A stretch of DNA of 64,000 nucleotides, taken from an uncultured Actinomycetes bacterium. GTDB taxonomy: Bacteria > Actinomycetota > Thermoleophilia > Solirubrobacterales > 70-9. Positions 17,167 through 28,779 of this stretch are shown here, piece after piece. The notes under the pieces are model-generated. The model worked only from the letters and a program-made list of their open reading frames with translations. It had not been told where the DNA came from and ran no database searches. Location of the stretch: NCBI GenBank assembly GCA_963798705.1, contig CAWCTW010000003.1, positions 214,847-278,846 on the forward strand, in the 5' to 3' direction. Every line of letters begins with the position of its first letter. The first letter of the stretch is position 1. Both the position numbers and the translations under genes were made by a program.

Positions 17167-17663
17167 GCGCCCGCGTCGGGTACGTGGGCCTCGGCTCCAA
17201 CGTCGGCGAGCGCGTAGCGCACCTGCGCGCCGGGGTGGCAGGCCTTCAGGAGCACGGGGTGGAGGTGAAGGCGACCTCGTCGCTGTACGAGACCGAGCCG
17301 GTGGGCGAGATCCTGGACCAACCGGAGTTCCTGAACGCCGCGGCGCAAATCCGCACCGAGCTGGACCCGGAGGAGCTGCTTGATGTCTGCAAGGCGGTCG
17401 AGGTTGAGCAGGGCCGCATGCTCGGTGGGCAGCGCCACGGCCCGCGTCCCCTGGACGTCGACGTGCTTCTTCTCGGCGACGTCGAACTGCGGAGCGATCG
17501 CCTCACGCTGCCGCACCGCGAGGTCACGAGCCGGCGATTCGTCCTGGCTCCCCTGCTCGAGCTCGACCCCGACCTTGCGCTGCCGGACGGGACCCGGCTC
17601 GATGCCGCCCTCGCCGGGCTGGGACCGGGTCAGCGGGTCAGGCGGGTCGGCCCGTTCCTCTAG
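17163..17663 (+). CDS. folK: 2-amino-4-hydroxy-6-hydroxymethyldihydropteridine pyrophosphokinase
   Basis: The GTG overlaps the folB stop. Motifs VGLGSNVGER, LYETEPVG, PRPLDVDVLL. Confidence 0.9.
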   Translation: MSARVGYVGLGSNVGERVAHLRAGVAGLQEHGVEVKATSSLYETEPVGEILDQPEFLNAAAQIRTELDPEELLDVCKAVEVEQGRMLGGQRHGPRPLDVDVLLLGDVELRSDRLTLPHREVTSRRFVLAPLLELDPDLALPDGTRLDAALAGLGPGQRVRRVGPFL

Positions 17664-17758
17664 ATGATTGAGGCACCGCGGGCAGCGATGGATGCATCTC
17701 GGCGATATAGGGGCCGTTTTCCATCCATCGTTGTTTCCGGTGATCTAGGGGCGACGGG

Positions 17759-18541
17759 TCAAGCGGCGGTCGTAGCCTCCGCCGCGTCGCGAACCGGCTG
17801 GAGCCAGCTCACCGGGAGCACCGGCGGCGCCTGTCCGGGGAAGGCGGGAATGGCCCGCAGGGCAAGTTCCCCCGCCGGCCGCGCGGCGATCTCGGGGCGC
17901 AGATCGTCGAGGCTCATCGCCAGGCGGAGGCTCGCGCCGATCTGCAGGTCAGCCGCGCTCGGTGGATCCGCGCCCAGGACGCCCTCGGCGATCCAGTCGT
18001 CGATGCGCTTGAGCCAGCCCGGAAGCGATGCGAGATCACGGCGGACCGCCTCGTCGTCGGCGCTGTGCATGCGGCTCGCCGCGGCGACGATGGGGGCCGC
18101 CGTCCTCACGGCCAGGCTGACCGGAATGCCAAGCCTGGCGCCCTCCGCGTAGCTGGCCAGCGGCGCCCGATCACGCTTGAGCGCGTTCCAAAGGATCCGC
18201 CGTACCGCGGGCTGGAGCACCTCCTCGCCCCATCGCTCGGCATCCTCCACGGCGACGCGGCGCTCCGGATCGGAGGGATACAGGGGCGGCTCGGGCCGGA
18301 TCGCGTCGAGGTCGCGGGCGATCGCCCGGGAGCCCGTGAGCTTGTGGCCCTCGATCGAGAGCGACGGAACGGTGTTGGACGGAAACCGCATCGCGCGCAG
18401 CACTCCGCGCGAGATCACGGGCATCAGGTCGATGCGCCGGTAGGGAATTCCCTTCAGCTCCAGCATCCGCCGCGCCGCCATCGCGGGGTGGGAGCCCGGG
18501 ATCGCGTAGAGCGTCGCTCCGGACTGCTGGGTTGCCGCCAT
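17759..18541 (-). CDS. glutathione S-transferase-like (thioredoxin-fold) protein
   Basis: Only the C-terminal 260 codons of the 499-aa ORF look like protein. The ATG at 18541 gives MAATQQSGATLYAIPGSHPAMAARRMLELKGIPY.. with SVPSL-type TVPSLSIEG. Confidence 0.7.
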   Translation of the reverse strand: MAATQQSGATLYAIPGSHPAMAARRMLELKGIPYRRIDLMPVISRGVLRAMRFPSNTVPSLSIEGHKLTGSRAIARDLDAIRPEPPLYPSDPERRVAVEDAERWGEEVLQPAVRRILWNALKRDRAPLASYAEGARLGIPVSLAVRTAAPIVAAASRMHSADDEAVRRDLASLPGWLKRIDDWIAEGVLGADPPSAADLQIGASLRLAMSLDDLRPEIAARPAGELALRAIPAFPGQAPPVLPVSWLQPVRDAAEATTAA

Positions 18542-18577
18542 CGCGCCGCAATCGTAATGCGCTGGATAATCCCCGGC

Positions 18578-19354
18578 ATGCTGCTGGCGGTCGACGTCGG
18601 GAACACGCAGAGCCATCTGGGTCTCTTCGAGGCAGCCCGCCTCGTGGAGCACTGGCGGTTTGCGACGCACATCGAGGCGACGGCGGACGAGCTCGCCGTC
18701 CGCGTGTCGACCCTCCTCGCGTTGCGCGGGCTGGAGCCGACCGCCGTCGACGCATCGATCGTCTCGTCGGTGGTGCCCCAGCTCACCCCCGAGTACTTCG
18801 GCATGACCGAGCGCTATCTGCAGGGGAGCTGCGTCGTCCTGGGCCCAGGCATCAAGACCGGCATGCCGATCCAGCTCGACAATCCCCATGAGCTCGGCGC
18901 CGACCGGCTCGCCAACGCCGTCGCGGCCTACGAGGCCCTGGGAGGCCCGTGCGCCGTCGCGGACTTCGGCACCGCGATCACCTTCGACGTCGTGTCGGAG
19001 GACGGCGAGTACCTCGGCGGGGTCATCGGCCCGGGCGTCGAGATCTCGATGGAGGCGCTGGCGCAGCGGACGGCGAAGCTGCCACCGATCGAGCTCGGAG
19101 AGCCTCCCAGCGAGGCGGGGGGCGTGATCGGCCGAACCACTCACGAGAGCCTGCTCTCGGGCATCACCTACGGTTTCGCCGGCGCCGTGGATGCGATCGC
19201 CCGGCGCATTCAGCGCGAGCTTGGCGACGGTACCCGCTTCGTCGCGACCGGCGGCCACGCCGCGGCGATCGTGCCCTTCTGCGACCTGATCGACGAGATC
19301 GACGACCTGCTCACGCTGACCGGCCTACGCTTGATCTGGGAGCGAAACCGATGA
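18578..19354 (+). CDS. coaX: type III pantothenate kinase
   Basis: MLLAVDVGNTQSHLG, GADRLANAVAA, ADFGTAITFD. Confidence 0.9.
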   Translation: MLLAVDVGNTQSHLGLFEAARLVEHWRFATHIEATADELAVRVSTLLALRGLEPTAVDASIVSSVVPQLTPEYFGMTERYLQGSCVVLGPGIKTGMPIQLDNPHELGADRLANAVAAYEALGGPCAVADFGTAITFDVVSEDGEYLGGVIGPGVEISMEALAQRTAKLPPIELGEPPSEAGGVIGRTTHESLLSGITYGFAGAVDAIARRIQRELGDGTRFVATGGHAAAIVPFCDLIDEIDDLLTLTGLRLIWERNR

Positions 19355-20358
19355 GAACGAGGCCGCCGTCCCTCACACAGCCCTTCCGGATCGGCGGAGT
19401 GCAGATCGCGAACCGCGTGTTGCTCGCGCCCCTGGCAGGGATCGGCAACTGGTTCGTCCGCCTCCAGGCGCGGCGCCACGGCGCCGGCCTCGCCGTCTCG
19501 GAGATGGTCTCGAGCTTCGGGCTTCACTACCGCAACGAGCGCACCCTCACCGAGCTCTTGCGCATACACCCGTCGGAGCATCCGGTCTCGATTCAGCTCT
19601 TCGGCCATGACCCCGACGTGATGGCCTCCGGGGCGGGCATCGCGGCCGGCGCCGGCGCCGATCTCATCGACATCAACATGGGGTGCCCGGTCCGCAAGGT
19701 CCGCAAGGCCGGCGCGGGGGTGGAGCTGCTCAGGCGCCCCGAGCTCGCCGTGCGGCTCGCCCGGGCCGCGGCGCAGGGATCCGGGCGCCCGGTGACGGTG
19801 AAGCTCCGCTCCGGCATCGAGCCCGGTGATCGCTCCGGCGCCGATCTGGCGGTGCGGCTGGTTGAGGAGGCGGGCATCGCCGGGATCGGCTTCCATCCGC
19901 GAAGCGCGGCCGTGCAGCACAAAGGGAAGCCCGACTACGCCCTGGTGCGCGAGCTCGTCAGGCGACTGGAGGGAACCGGCGTCCCGGTGATCGTCTCCGG
20001 TGGGCTCGGCACGGCGGAGCTCGCGAGACACGCCTATCGCGAGTCGGGCGCGGATGCCGTCATGATCGCTCGCGGCGCGCTCGGGAACCCGTGGATCTTC
20101 GAGGAGCTCACCGGCCGGCGGACGGCGACCCCGAGCCACGACGAGGTGGTTCGCGAGCTCCTCTGGACGATGGAGCGGGCGGAGCGCCATCTCGGCGAAC
20201 GACGCGCCGCGCGCTACACGCGCAAGTTCTACCCCTGGTACCTGGAGCGCCTCGGAGTGAGGGGGTCGGAGGCCGACGCATTCCAGCGAACCGAAGGCCT
20301 CGACGACGCGCGGAGGTTGGTCGCGGCCCTCGCCGATGCGCAGCCCGTGGCCGCGTAA
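19351..20358 (+). CDS. dus: tRNA-dihydrouridine synthase
   Basis: The ATGA overlaps the coaX stop. Motifs LLAPLAGIGN, DINMGCPVRKV. Confidence 0.9.
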   Translation: MRTRPPSLTQPFRIGGVQIANRVLLAPLAGIGNWFVRLQARRHGAGLAVSEMVSSFGLHYRNERTLTELLRIHPSEHPVSIQLFGHDPDVMASGAGIAAGAGADLIDINMGCPVRKVRKAGAGVELLRRPELAVRLARAAAQGSGRPVTVKLRSGIEPGDRSGADLAVRLVEEAGIAGIGFHPRSAAVQHKGKPDYALVRELVRRLEGTGVPVIVSGGLGTAELARHAYRESGADAVMIARGALGNPWIFEELTGRRTATPSHDEVVRELLWTMERAERHLGERRAARYTRKFYPWYLERLGVRGSEADAFQRTEGLDDARRLVAALADAQPVAA

Positions 20359-20392
20359 GCCGGCAAACCGCCTCGCTATAATCGCCCGCCTG

Positions 20393-20438
20393 CCCGACCC
20401 GCGAGCGCACTGACTGCGCCGCGTTCGGGTTTTTGTTT
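20393..20438 (+). terminator. intrinsic terminator (GC-rich interrupted hairpin + TTTTTGTTT) between dus and greA
   Basis: cccga..cgcg(a)gcgc-actgact-gcgccgcg..ttcggg is followed by a U-tract. It is the only canonical U-tract terminator I saw in the window. Confidence 0.7.
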
Positions 20439-20494
20439 CGTCATCTACCGGGACGCCGTGATGCGTCCCTCGAGACAGGGACGAGGTTCAGCAC

Positions 20495-20974
20495 GTGGCT
20501 CGTGAATCATTGATCACCCAGGAGGGGCTCGAGAGGCTTCGCGAGGAGCTCAGCCAACTGACGACCGTGAAGCGTCGCGAGGTCGCCGCTCGCATCAAGG
20601 AGGCGCGCGAGTTCGGCGACATCATGGAGAACTCGGAGTACGACGACGCGAAGAACGAGCAGGCCCTGCTCGAGCAGCGAATCGCGCAGCTCGAGGAGCG
20701 CGTCCGCCGGGCGACGGTCGTGGACGAGAAGCAGCTCGACACCGACACGGTCGGGGTTGGCGTCCGGGTGCACGTGAAGGACCAGAAGTCCGGCGACTCG
20801 AAGAAGTTCCAGATCGTGGGCTCGGCGGAGGCCGATCCGGCGGAGAGCAAGCTGTCCAACGAGTCGCCGATCGGCAAGGCGCTCGTCGGACACAAGCGCG
20901 GCGACGTCGTAACCGTCGAGGTGCCGCGCGGGCCCAAGCGCAAGCTCAAGATCACCAAGATCGAAGCGTCCTAA
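20495..20974 (+). CDS. greA: transcription elongation factor GreA
   Basis: ITQEGLERLREEL, ENSEYDDAKNEQ and a C-terminal FKBP-like domain. Confidence 0.95.
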   Translation: MARESLITQEGLERLREELSQLTTVKRREVAARIKEAREFGDIMENSEYDDAKNEQALLEQRIAQLEERVRRATVVDEKQLDTDTVGVGVRVHVKDQKSGDSKKFQIVGSAEADPAESKLSNESPIGKALVGHKRGDVVTVEVPRGPKRKLKITKIEAS

Positions 20975-21060
20975 CCAGGCCGATAGGCTCGCCGGGGATG
21001 CTGCCGAGGAGCGTCAGCGACGAGTCAGGCAGGTAGGGCGGCGAAGCCGCCGCATCAGCT

Positions 21061-22542
21061 GTGAGCGAGCCCGATCGAGAAGAGCGCTCCGAGTCGCAGC
21101 TTCTCGCCGAGCGCCGAGACAAGCTGGCGCGGCTGCGCGACTCCGGGGTCGAGCCGTTCCCGCATGCATTCGAGGGACGCACCGAGATCGGGGCGGTCCG
21201 GGCCGCCCATGAGGGACTCGCCGCGGGTGAGGAGACCGAGGACCGATACCGCGTCGCCGGGCGCGTCGCCGCGCGCCGAGGGCACGGGAAGGCGGCATTC
21301 TTCGATCTCGTCGACGGCTCGGGCCGCCTCCAGCTGCATGCTCGCGAGGACATCCTCGGCGCCGAGCCGTTCGCGGCCCTGGTTGGCGTGGACCTCGGCG
21401 ACATCATCGGCGCGGAGGGGGTCGTCTTCGCGACCAAGCGGGGCGAGCTGTCGCTGCGGGTCGAGTCCTGGACCCTGCTGGCCAAGAGCCTGCGCCCTCC
21501 GCCCGACAAGTACCACGGGCTCGAGGACGTCGAGGTGCGCTATCGGCATCGGGAGCTCGACCTGATCGCCAGCCCCGAGGTCCGGGAGCTGTTCACCAAG
21601 CGGGCGCAGGTCATCGCCGCGGTGCGCGAGTGGCTCGACTCCCGCGGTTTCGTGGAGGTGGAGACTCCCGTGCTCCAGCCGCTCTACGGGGGCGCTCTCG
21701 CGCGCCCCTTCACGACCCACCACAACGCGCTCGAGCGCGACCTCTACCTGCGGATCGCCACCGAGCTCTACCTCAAGCGACTCATCGTGGGCGGGATCGA
21801 CCGGGTCTACGAGCTTGGGAAGGACTTCCGCAACGAGGGCATCTCGCCCAAGCACAACCCGGAGTTCACGATGCTCGAGTGGTACGAGGCCTATGCGGAC
21901 TACAAGGACGTCGCCGAGCGGCTCGAGCAGCTGGTCGCCTCGGTGGCGGAGCAGGCCTTCGGGGGCACGAAGATCGAGCGCGACGGAGAGGAGATCGACC
22001 TCGGCCCCCCCTGGCGGCGGGTCACGCTGCGCGACGCGATCAAGGAGCGCACCGGCCTCGACCTCGCCGAGCGCCCGAGTCGCGAGAAGCTGGCCGCTGC
22101 ACTCGGCCGCGAGCCGGAGGCGGCCGAGGGCTGGGGGAAGCTCGTCGACGGCGTGCTCTCGAAGCTGGTTGAGCCTACGCTCATCCAGCCGACATTCATC
22201 CTGGACTACCCCGTCGAGCTCTCGCCCTTCGCCAAGCGCCACCGGTCGGCCGAGGGATTCGTGGAGCGATGGGAGGCGTTCGTGGGTGGGGTCGAGATCG
22301 CGAACGCCTTCACCGAGCTCAACGATCCCGACGAGCAGCGCCGCCGCTTCGAGCAGCAGGCGGAGGAGCTGCGCCGCGGCGACGAGGACGCCCAACCCTT
22401 CGACGAGGGGTTCGTCCAGGCCCTGGAGCAGGGCATGCCGCCCACTGGTGGCGTGGGGCTGGGGATCGACCGGCTCGTGATGATCCTCGCCGGGGCGCGC
22501 AACCTCCGCGAGGTCGTGCTCTTCCCGGCGCTGCGGGGCTAG
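21061..22542 (+). CDS. lysS: lysine--tRNA ligase (class II)
   Basis: FRNEGISPKHNPEFTMLEWY, GGVGLGIDRLVMIL. Confidence 0.96.
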   Translation: MSEPDREERSESQLLAERRDKLARLRDSGVEPFPHAFEGRTEIGAVRAAHEGLAAGEETEDRYRVAGRVAARRGHGKAAFFDLVDGSGRLQLHAREDILGAEPFAALVGVDLGDIIGAEGVVFATKRGELSLRVESWTLLAKSLRPPPDKYHGLEDVEVRYRHRELDLIASPEVRELFTKRAQVIAAVREWLDSRGFVEVETPVLQPLYGGALARPFTTHHNALERDLYLRIATELYLKRLIVGGIDRVYELGKDFRNEGISPKHNPEFTMLEWYEAYADYKDVAERLEQLVASVAEQAFGGTKIERDGEEIDLGPPWRRVTLRDAIKERTGLDLAERPSREKLAAALGREPEAAEGWGKLVDGVLSKLVEPTLIQPTFILDYPVELSPFAKRHRSAEGFVERWEAFVGGVEIANAFTELNDPDEQRRRFEQQAEELRRGDEDAQPFDEGFVQALEQGMPPTGGVGLGIDRLVMILAGARNLREVVLFPALRG

Positions 22543-22580
22543 TGAGCCTCAGGCGCAGGCGCTCCGGCCGGCGTTGGGCT

Positions 22581-22723
22581 GGGTAGGGCAGCAACCTGGG
22601 CCCAAGCGGGGTCAAGCGCCCGACAGGTGGGCGCGGAGACTCGACCGAGTAGCTCGGCGGTCGAACCCTGACCTAGGTCAAGTGAATCCGCTCCGGGAAA
22701 TCGGGTCTGAAGTTCACCTGACC
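22581..22723 (+). ncRNA. orphan copy of the 15452-15512 element; candidate small RNA ending at the 22747 terminator
   Basis: It shares GGGTAGGGCAGC and the hairpin GGTCAAGTGAA(22676)/TTCACCTGACC(22713), which encloses AATCCGCTCCGGGAAATCGGG. It lies in a 263-nt convergent spacer. Confidence 0.25.
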
Positions 22724-22746
22724 CGGGGTTTCGCGGCCTGGACATA

Positions 22747-22780
22747 GCAGAGGCAGGCCCCGGCCTGGGCCTGCCTCTGC
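22747..22780. terminator. bidirectional hairpin terminator between lysS and the protease gene
   Basis: GCAGAGGCAGGCCC-cggcct-GGGCCTGCCTCTGC, a 14-bp perfect stem. Confidence 0.65.
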
Positions 22781-22805
22781 TTGGCCTGGTTGGTTTGCCT
22801 TGTCG

Positions 22806-23630
22806 CTACGACGACAGGATCGCCCCGACCCAGTCGGCGTTGAACGGCTCCGTGCCCGGCACGAGGTTCGCGCCGATCGAGCTGTTCGCGTGCATGTAGG
22901 CGAGCTCCTTCGAGATGTCCCCGAAGTTGTTCGACCCCGCGCGCGGGAGGAGCTCAACGGTCGAGAGCACCCCGATCGCCTGCCCGGAGCCGTTCATGAA
23001 CCCGCTGCCGGAGTCACCCGGGATCCCCGGGGTCAGCGTGTACGCGTTGTGGCTCCAGCCGTCGCCCTCGTTGGCGACGATGACGCCCTGCTTCGGGCTG
23101 AGCTTGGTCACGCCCCCGCGCAGCGACGAGTTGCCGTACGAGTACACGGTCGACCCGAGGCCGCCCACCGTGCCGACGCCGGTTGGCCCGCCGAATCCCG
23201 GTACCGACGGGTTGACGTTCGCCACGTCGGCGGGATCGAGCTTGACCAGCGCCAGGTCGTTGTAGGCGCACGCGTCCGGGTTGGTCTCGCCCCTGGCCTG
23301 CATCGTGATCCAGGAGTTGTAAACGAGCGTTCCGGGCCTGCTCGCCCCGTCCACCTCGACCGGGGTGCCGATCGGAAGCGACGCGCTGTCGCATCCGTTG
23401 GTGTCCGTGGCGGCCCCGGTGCCGGAGCAGTGGGCCGCCTGTCCGATATAGACGTTCGAGCCGTCCTCGTAGATGAAGTTGGCCGTGCACTGAGCACCCT
23501 CGGTGAAGGTCATGACGCCGGGGTGAACGGTTGCCGATGCTGCCGGTGCCCATGCCGAGGCGACGGCCGGAGTGACGGCCGCCACCACGATCGCGCCGAT
23601 CGCGCACAGCAGCGCAACGAGCTTTCTCAA
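22806..23630 (-). CDS. secreted chymotrypsin-fold (S1) serine protease
   Basis: Signal peptide MRKLVALLCAIGAIVVAAV. Catalytic triad contexts are QAAHCSG, NDLALVKL and GIPGDSGSGF. Confidence 0.88.
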   Translation of the reverse strand: MRKLVALLCAIGAIVVAAVTPAVASAWAPAASATVHPGVMTFTEGAQCTANFIYEDGSNVYIGQAAHCSGTGAATDTNGCDSASLPIGTPVEVDGASRPGTLVYNSWITMQARGETNPDACAYNDLALVKLDPADVANVNPSVPGFGGPTGVGTVGGLGSTVYSYGNSSLRGGVTKLSPKQGVIVANEGDGWSHNAYTLTPGIPGDSGSGFMNGSGQAIGVLSTVELLPRAGSNNFGDISKELAYMHANSSIGANLVPGTEPFNADWVGAILSS

Positions 23631-24057
23631 GGTTGCCTCCTCTTGATCGTCGGTGGGGGCCCGCGTCTGGGCCCAACCATGCGGCGCGAGACCTTACGTC
23701 TATCCCGAAACGCTCGCGCCGGTTCACGCCACCTTGCGCCGAAGCCGCCGGAACCGTTCCCTGAGCGCGGTGCCGGGGCCCGTCGCAGCCTCAACGCGCA
23801 ATTAGCGCCACTTCCGCTCCGGCGCGCCTGAGACCCGCCTGGCCACGCAGGGGCCGCCGATATACTCGAACCTCGTCGTAAACGACAACCGGAGGTCTAA
23901 TCCGTCGGCACCGCGCAGCCGAAACATTGGATGGGACTCCGGCGCTCATGCGTCCCTGTCTGAGCTCCGGGAGACGACCAACGCGTAGGCAATACTTGGG
24001 AGGTCCGCAAGGACCCACCCTCTAGCCTCAAAGACGGGAAGAGAACAAGGCAGAAGA

Positions 24058-26667
<2,610 letters not shown>

Positions 26668-26724
26668 AGCCCGCCGCGCGAGGCGAGTAGTCGCGCGCCC
26701 CGGGCGCCCGGGATCGCGCCTTGG

Positions 26725-26761
26725 TGGACGTCTGCTTTCGCGATGCGAAGGCGAACGTCCA
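26725..26761. repeat. REP-like palindromic element, copy 2
   Basis: tggacgtctgctttcgc-gat-gcgaaggcgaacgtcca has the same left arm acgtctgctttcgc and loop context as copy 1. It lies between the convergent clpC and arsR genes. Confidence 0.8.
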
Positions 26762-26804
26762 ATCGCAACCGGCGGTCGCCGGCCGCGCCGGCAGCCCGGG
26801 CTAC

Positions 26805-27116
26805 CTACGCCGGGACGGTGGCCGAGTCGAGGACGGCGTCGAGCAGGCCCGGGAATCGGTGCTCGAGATCCTCGCGGCGCAGCGCGTTGAGCTTCGCGGT
26901 GCCGTCGGAGCGCTGTTCGATGATGCCGGCCTCGCGGAGCACTCGGAAATGGTGGGTCATCGTCGACTTGGAGACCTCGAGCCCGAACGTGCCGCAGGGC
27001 CGCGGCTCGGGGTCGGCGGCCAGCGTCTGGACGATGCGAAGGCGCTGCGGGTCGCTCAGGGCGTGCAGCACCGCCGCCAGCTCCAGATCCTCGCGCGCGG
27101 GGTGTTCAAGCGCCAT
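26805..27116 (-). CDS. ArsR/SmtB family transcriptional regulator
   Basis: LHALSDPQRLRIVQTL, STMTHHFRVLREAGII. Confidence 0.88.
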   Translation of the reverse strand: MALEHPAREDLELAAVLHALSDPQRLRIVQTLAADPEPRPCGTFGLEVSKSTMTHHFRVLREAGIIEQRSDGTAKLNALRREDLEHRFPGLLDAVLDSATVPA

Positions 27117-27126
27117 GGGGCAAGTA

Positions 27127-27142
27127 TACGACGATCATCGTA
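27127..27142. promoter_or_regulatory. AT-rich imperfect palindrome, likely ArsR operator in the arsR/MFS divergent region
   Basis: TACGACGATCATCGTA (7 of 8 pairs symmetric) lies 11 nt upstream of the arsR ATG. Confidence 0.45.
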
Positions 27143-27194
27143 CTAAGCGTCCTGGAGCCCGATCCGGCGGGAGCCGTCAGTAGGGTGCGGCGCC

Positions 27195-28649
27195 GTGAGC
27201 CTCGGGATCACCGACGCGAACCGGCCGTGGTGGACCCTGTTCGGCGCCTGCACCGGCCTCTTCGTCCTGATGCTCGACTCGACGATCGTCACGCTCGCCC
27301 TGCCGGCGATCCACGAGGACCTCGACGCCTCGGCTAGCGGGCTGCAGTGGATCATGAACGCCTATCTGCTGGTGATCGCGGCGTTCGTCGTGACCGCCGG
27401 TCGGCTTGGCGACATGTTCGGTCGCCGGCTTCTGTTCACCATCGGCCTGGCCGTCTTCGCCGGAGGCTCGGTGCTCTCGGGGGCCGCCTGGAGCCAGGAC
27501 ACGATCATCCTCGGCAGGGTCGTCCAGGGCCTGGGCGCGGCGATGCTGCTTCCCCTGTCGCTCGCGATCGTCTGCGACGCGTTCCCGACCGAGCAGCAGC
27601 CCCGCGCACTCGGCATCTGGGCGTCGATCTCGGCCATCGCACTGGGCGTGGGGCCGCTGATCGGCGGCGTGCTCGTCGACCTGGACTGGCGGTTGATCTT
27701 CTGGATCAACGTTCCCATCCTGGCGCTCGGGGTCTCGGTGATGCTGGTGGCCGTTCGCGAGACGCGCGACGAGGGCGCCAGTCACGACCTGGACGTGACC
27801 GGACTCGTTCTCCTCGCGGGCGGGCTCACCGCTCTGGTCCTGCCGCTGGCCGAGGCGGCGAACTGGGCGCTCGGATCGGTTCAGAGCATCGCGCTCTTCG
27901 CCGTCGCTGCGGTGCTCATCGTCGCCTTCTGGGTCGTCGAGCACCGCGTCGACCAGCCGATCGTGGACTTCGAGCTGTTCCGCAACAGGCCGTACTTCGG
28001 CGCAACGGCCGCCGCGTTCGGGCTCGTCGGCGCCTATTGGAGCCTCATGTTCCTCCAGCCCCAGTACCTCGAGACCACGCTCGGATACTCGGCGACCAAG
28101 GCCGGCGTCCTGATCCTGCCGGTCACTGTTCCGATGATCGTCATCTCGCCGCTGGCCGGGCGGTTGATCGCGCGCCTCGGAGCTCGGGTGCTGATGACCG
28201 TCGGGATGCTGTGCGGGCTCGCGGGCCTCGTGATCCTGACGCAGATCACCAGGACCTCGGGCTACGAGCTCGTTCTCCCGGGATTTCTGCTGTTCGGGAT
28301 CGCGCTCGGGTTCGTCTACGCGCCGATGTCGACGGCGGCGATGACGGCCATGCCCCGTTCCAAGAGCGGCATCGCCTCCGGGGTGCTGGCGATGAACCGG
28401 GTGCTTGCGGGGGCCGTCGCCCTCGCGGTGACCGGAGCGGTGTTCCAGGACCTGCTCCCATCGCGCGGGTTCGCGCTCTCGCTCGCGCGCTCCAACTGGG
28501 TGCTCGTGGGCCTGGTCGCGGTCTGCACGGCGCTGACCTGGTCGTTCGTGCGCTCGGCGCCCGCGAAGTCCCAGGATCCCCGCATCTCGGCATCCGCGGA
28601 CGCCGAGACGATGAGCCATCACCAGCACCACCGCCGGTTTCACCTTTGA
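27195..28649 (+). CDS. MFS transporter (DHA2/EmrB-like drug:proton antiporter)
   Basis: Many hydrophobic segments, motif-A-like AGRLGDMFGRRLLF and a length typical of the 14-TMS subfamily. It is divergent from arsR. Confidence 0.85.
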   Translation: MSLGITDANRPWWTLFGACTGLFVLMLDSTIVTLALPAIHEDLDASASGLQWIMNAYLLVIAAFVVTAGRLGDMFGRRLLFTIGLAVFAGGSVLSGAAWSQDTIILGRVVQGLGAAMLLPLSLAIVCDAFPTEQQPRALGIWASISAIALGVGPLIGGVLVDLDWRLIFWINVPILALGVSVMLVAVRETRDEGASHDLDVTGLVLLAGGLTALVLPLAEAANWALGSVQSIALFAVAAVLIVAFWVVEHRVDQPIVDFELFRNRPYFGATAAAFGLVGAYWSLMFLQPQYLETTLGYSATKAGVLILPVTVPMIVISPLAGRLIARLGARVLMTVGMLCGLAGLVILTQITRTSGYELVLPGFLLFGIALGFVYAPMSTAAMTAMPRSKSGIASGVLAMNRVLAGAVALAVTGAVFQDLLPSRGFALSLARSNWVLVGLVAVCTALTWSFVRSAPAKSQDPRISASADAETMSHHQHHRRFHL

Positions 28650-28779
28650 GGCAGCGCTTCGCCGTGGCGATGCCATGAGCGCACAACCGTGGCGGGATCT
28701 AGATACGGTTCATCCTTGACCTAGCCGGCCGGGATGCCCGGTACGACCGAAGCGGATCGTGGATGGAGGAGGAGACGCG

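Noticed and set aside
17664-17758. The hairpin CGATGGATG...CATCCATCG in the convergent folK/GST spacer as a regulatory RNA.
   Set aside because: It is a 9-bp stem with a ~28-nt loop and no second copy or recognisable motif. It is most simply a weak terminator for convergent genes, so it is not reported as a finding.
18542-19258. The N-terminal 239 residues of the 499-aa minus-strand ORF, which would make a large GST-fusion protein.
   Set aside because: This part is antisense to coaX and has low-complexity composition. Recognisable GST-like sequence begins at the ATG at 18541.
20461-20470. The shared 10-mer atgcgtccct in the greA leader and the clpC leader (23949-23958) as a common regulatory motif.
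   Set aside because: Identical 10-mers are expected many times by chance in 64 kb, and no extended similarity surrounds them.
20975-21060. A possible T-box or lysine riboswitch upstream of lysS.
   Set aside because: The spacer is only 86 nt, too short for either class. Only a small hairpin (GCGGCGAAGCCGCCGC) and a GGTAGGGC string are present.
23796-23808. GCGCAATTAGCGC upstream of clpC as a possible ClgR-type operator.
   Set aside because: The spacing is CGC-N7-GCG, which does not fit the CGC-N5-GCG consensus I recall. The symmetry is trivial (GCGC arms). No clgR gene is present in the window.
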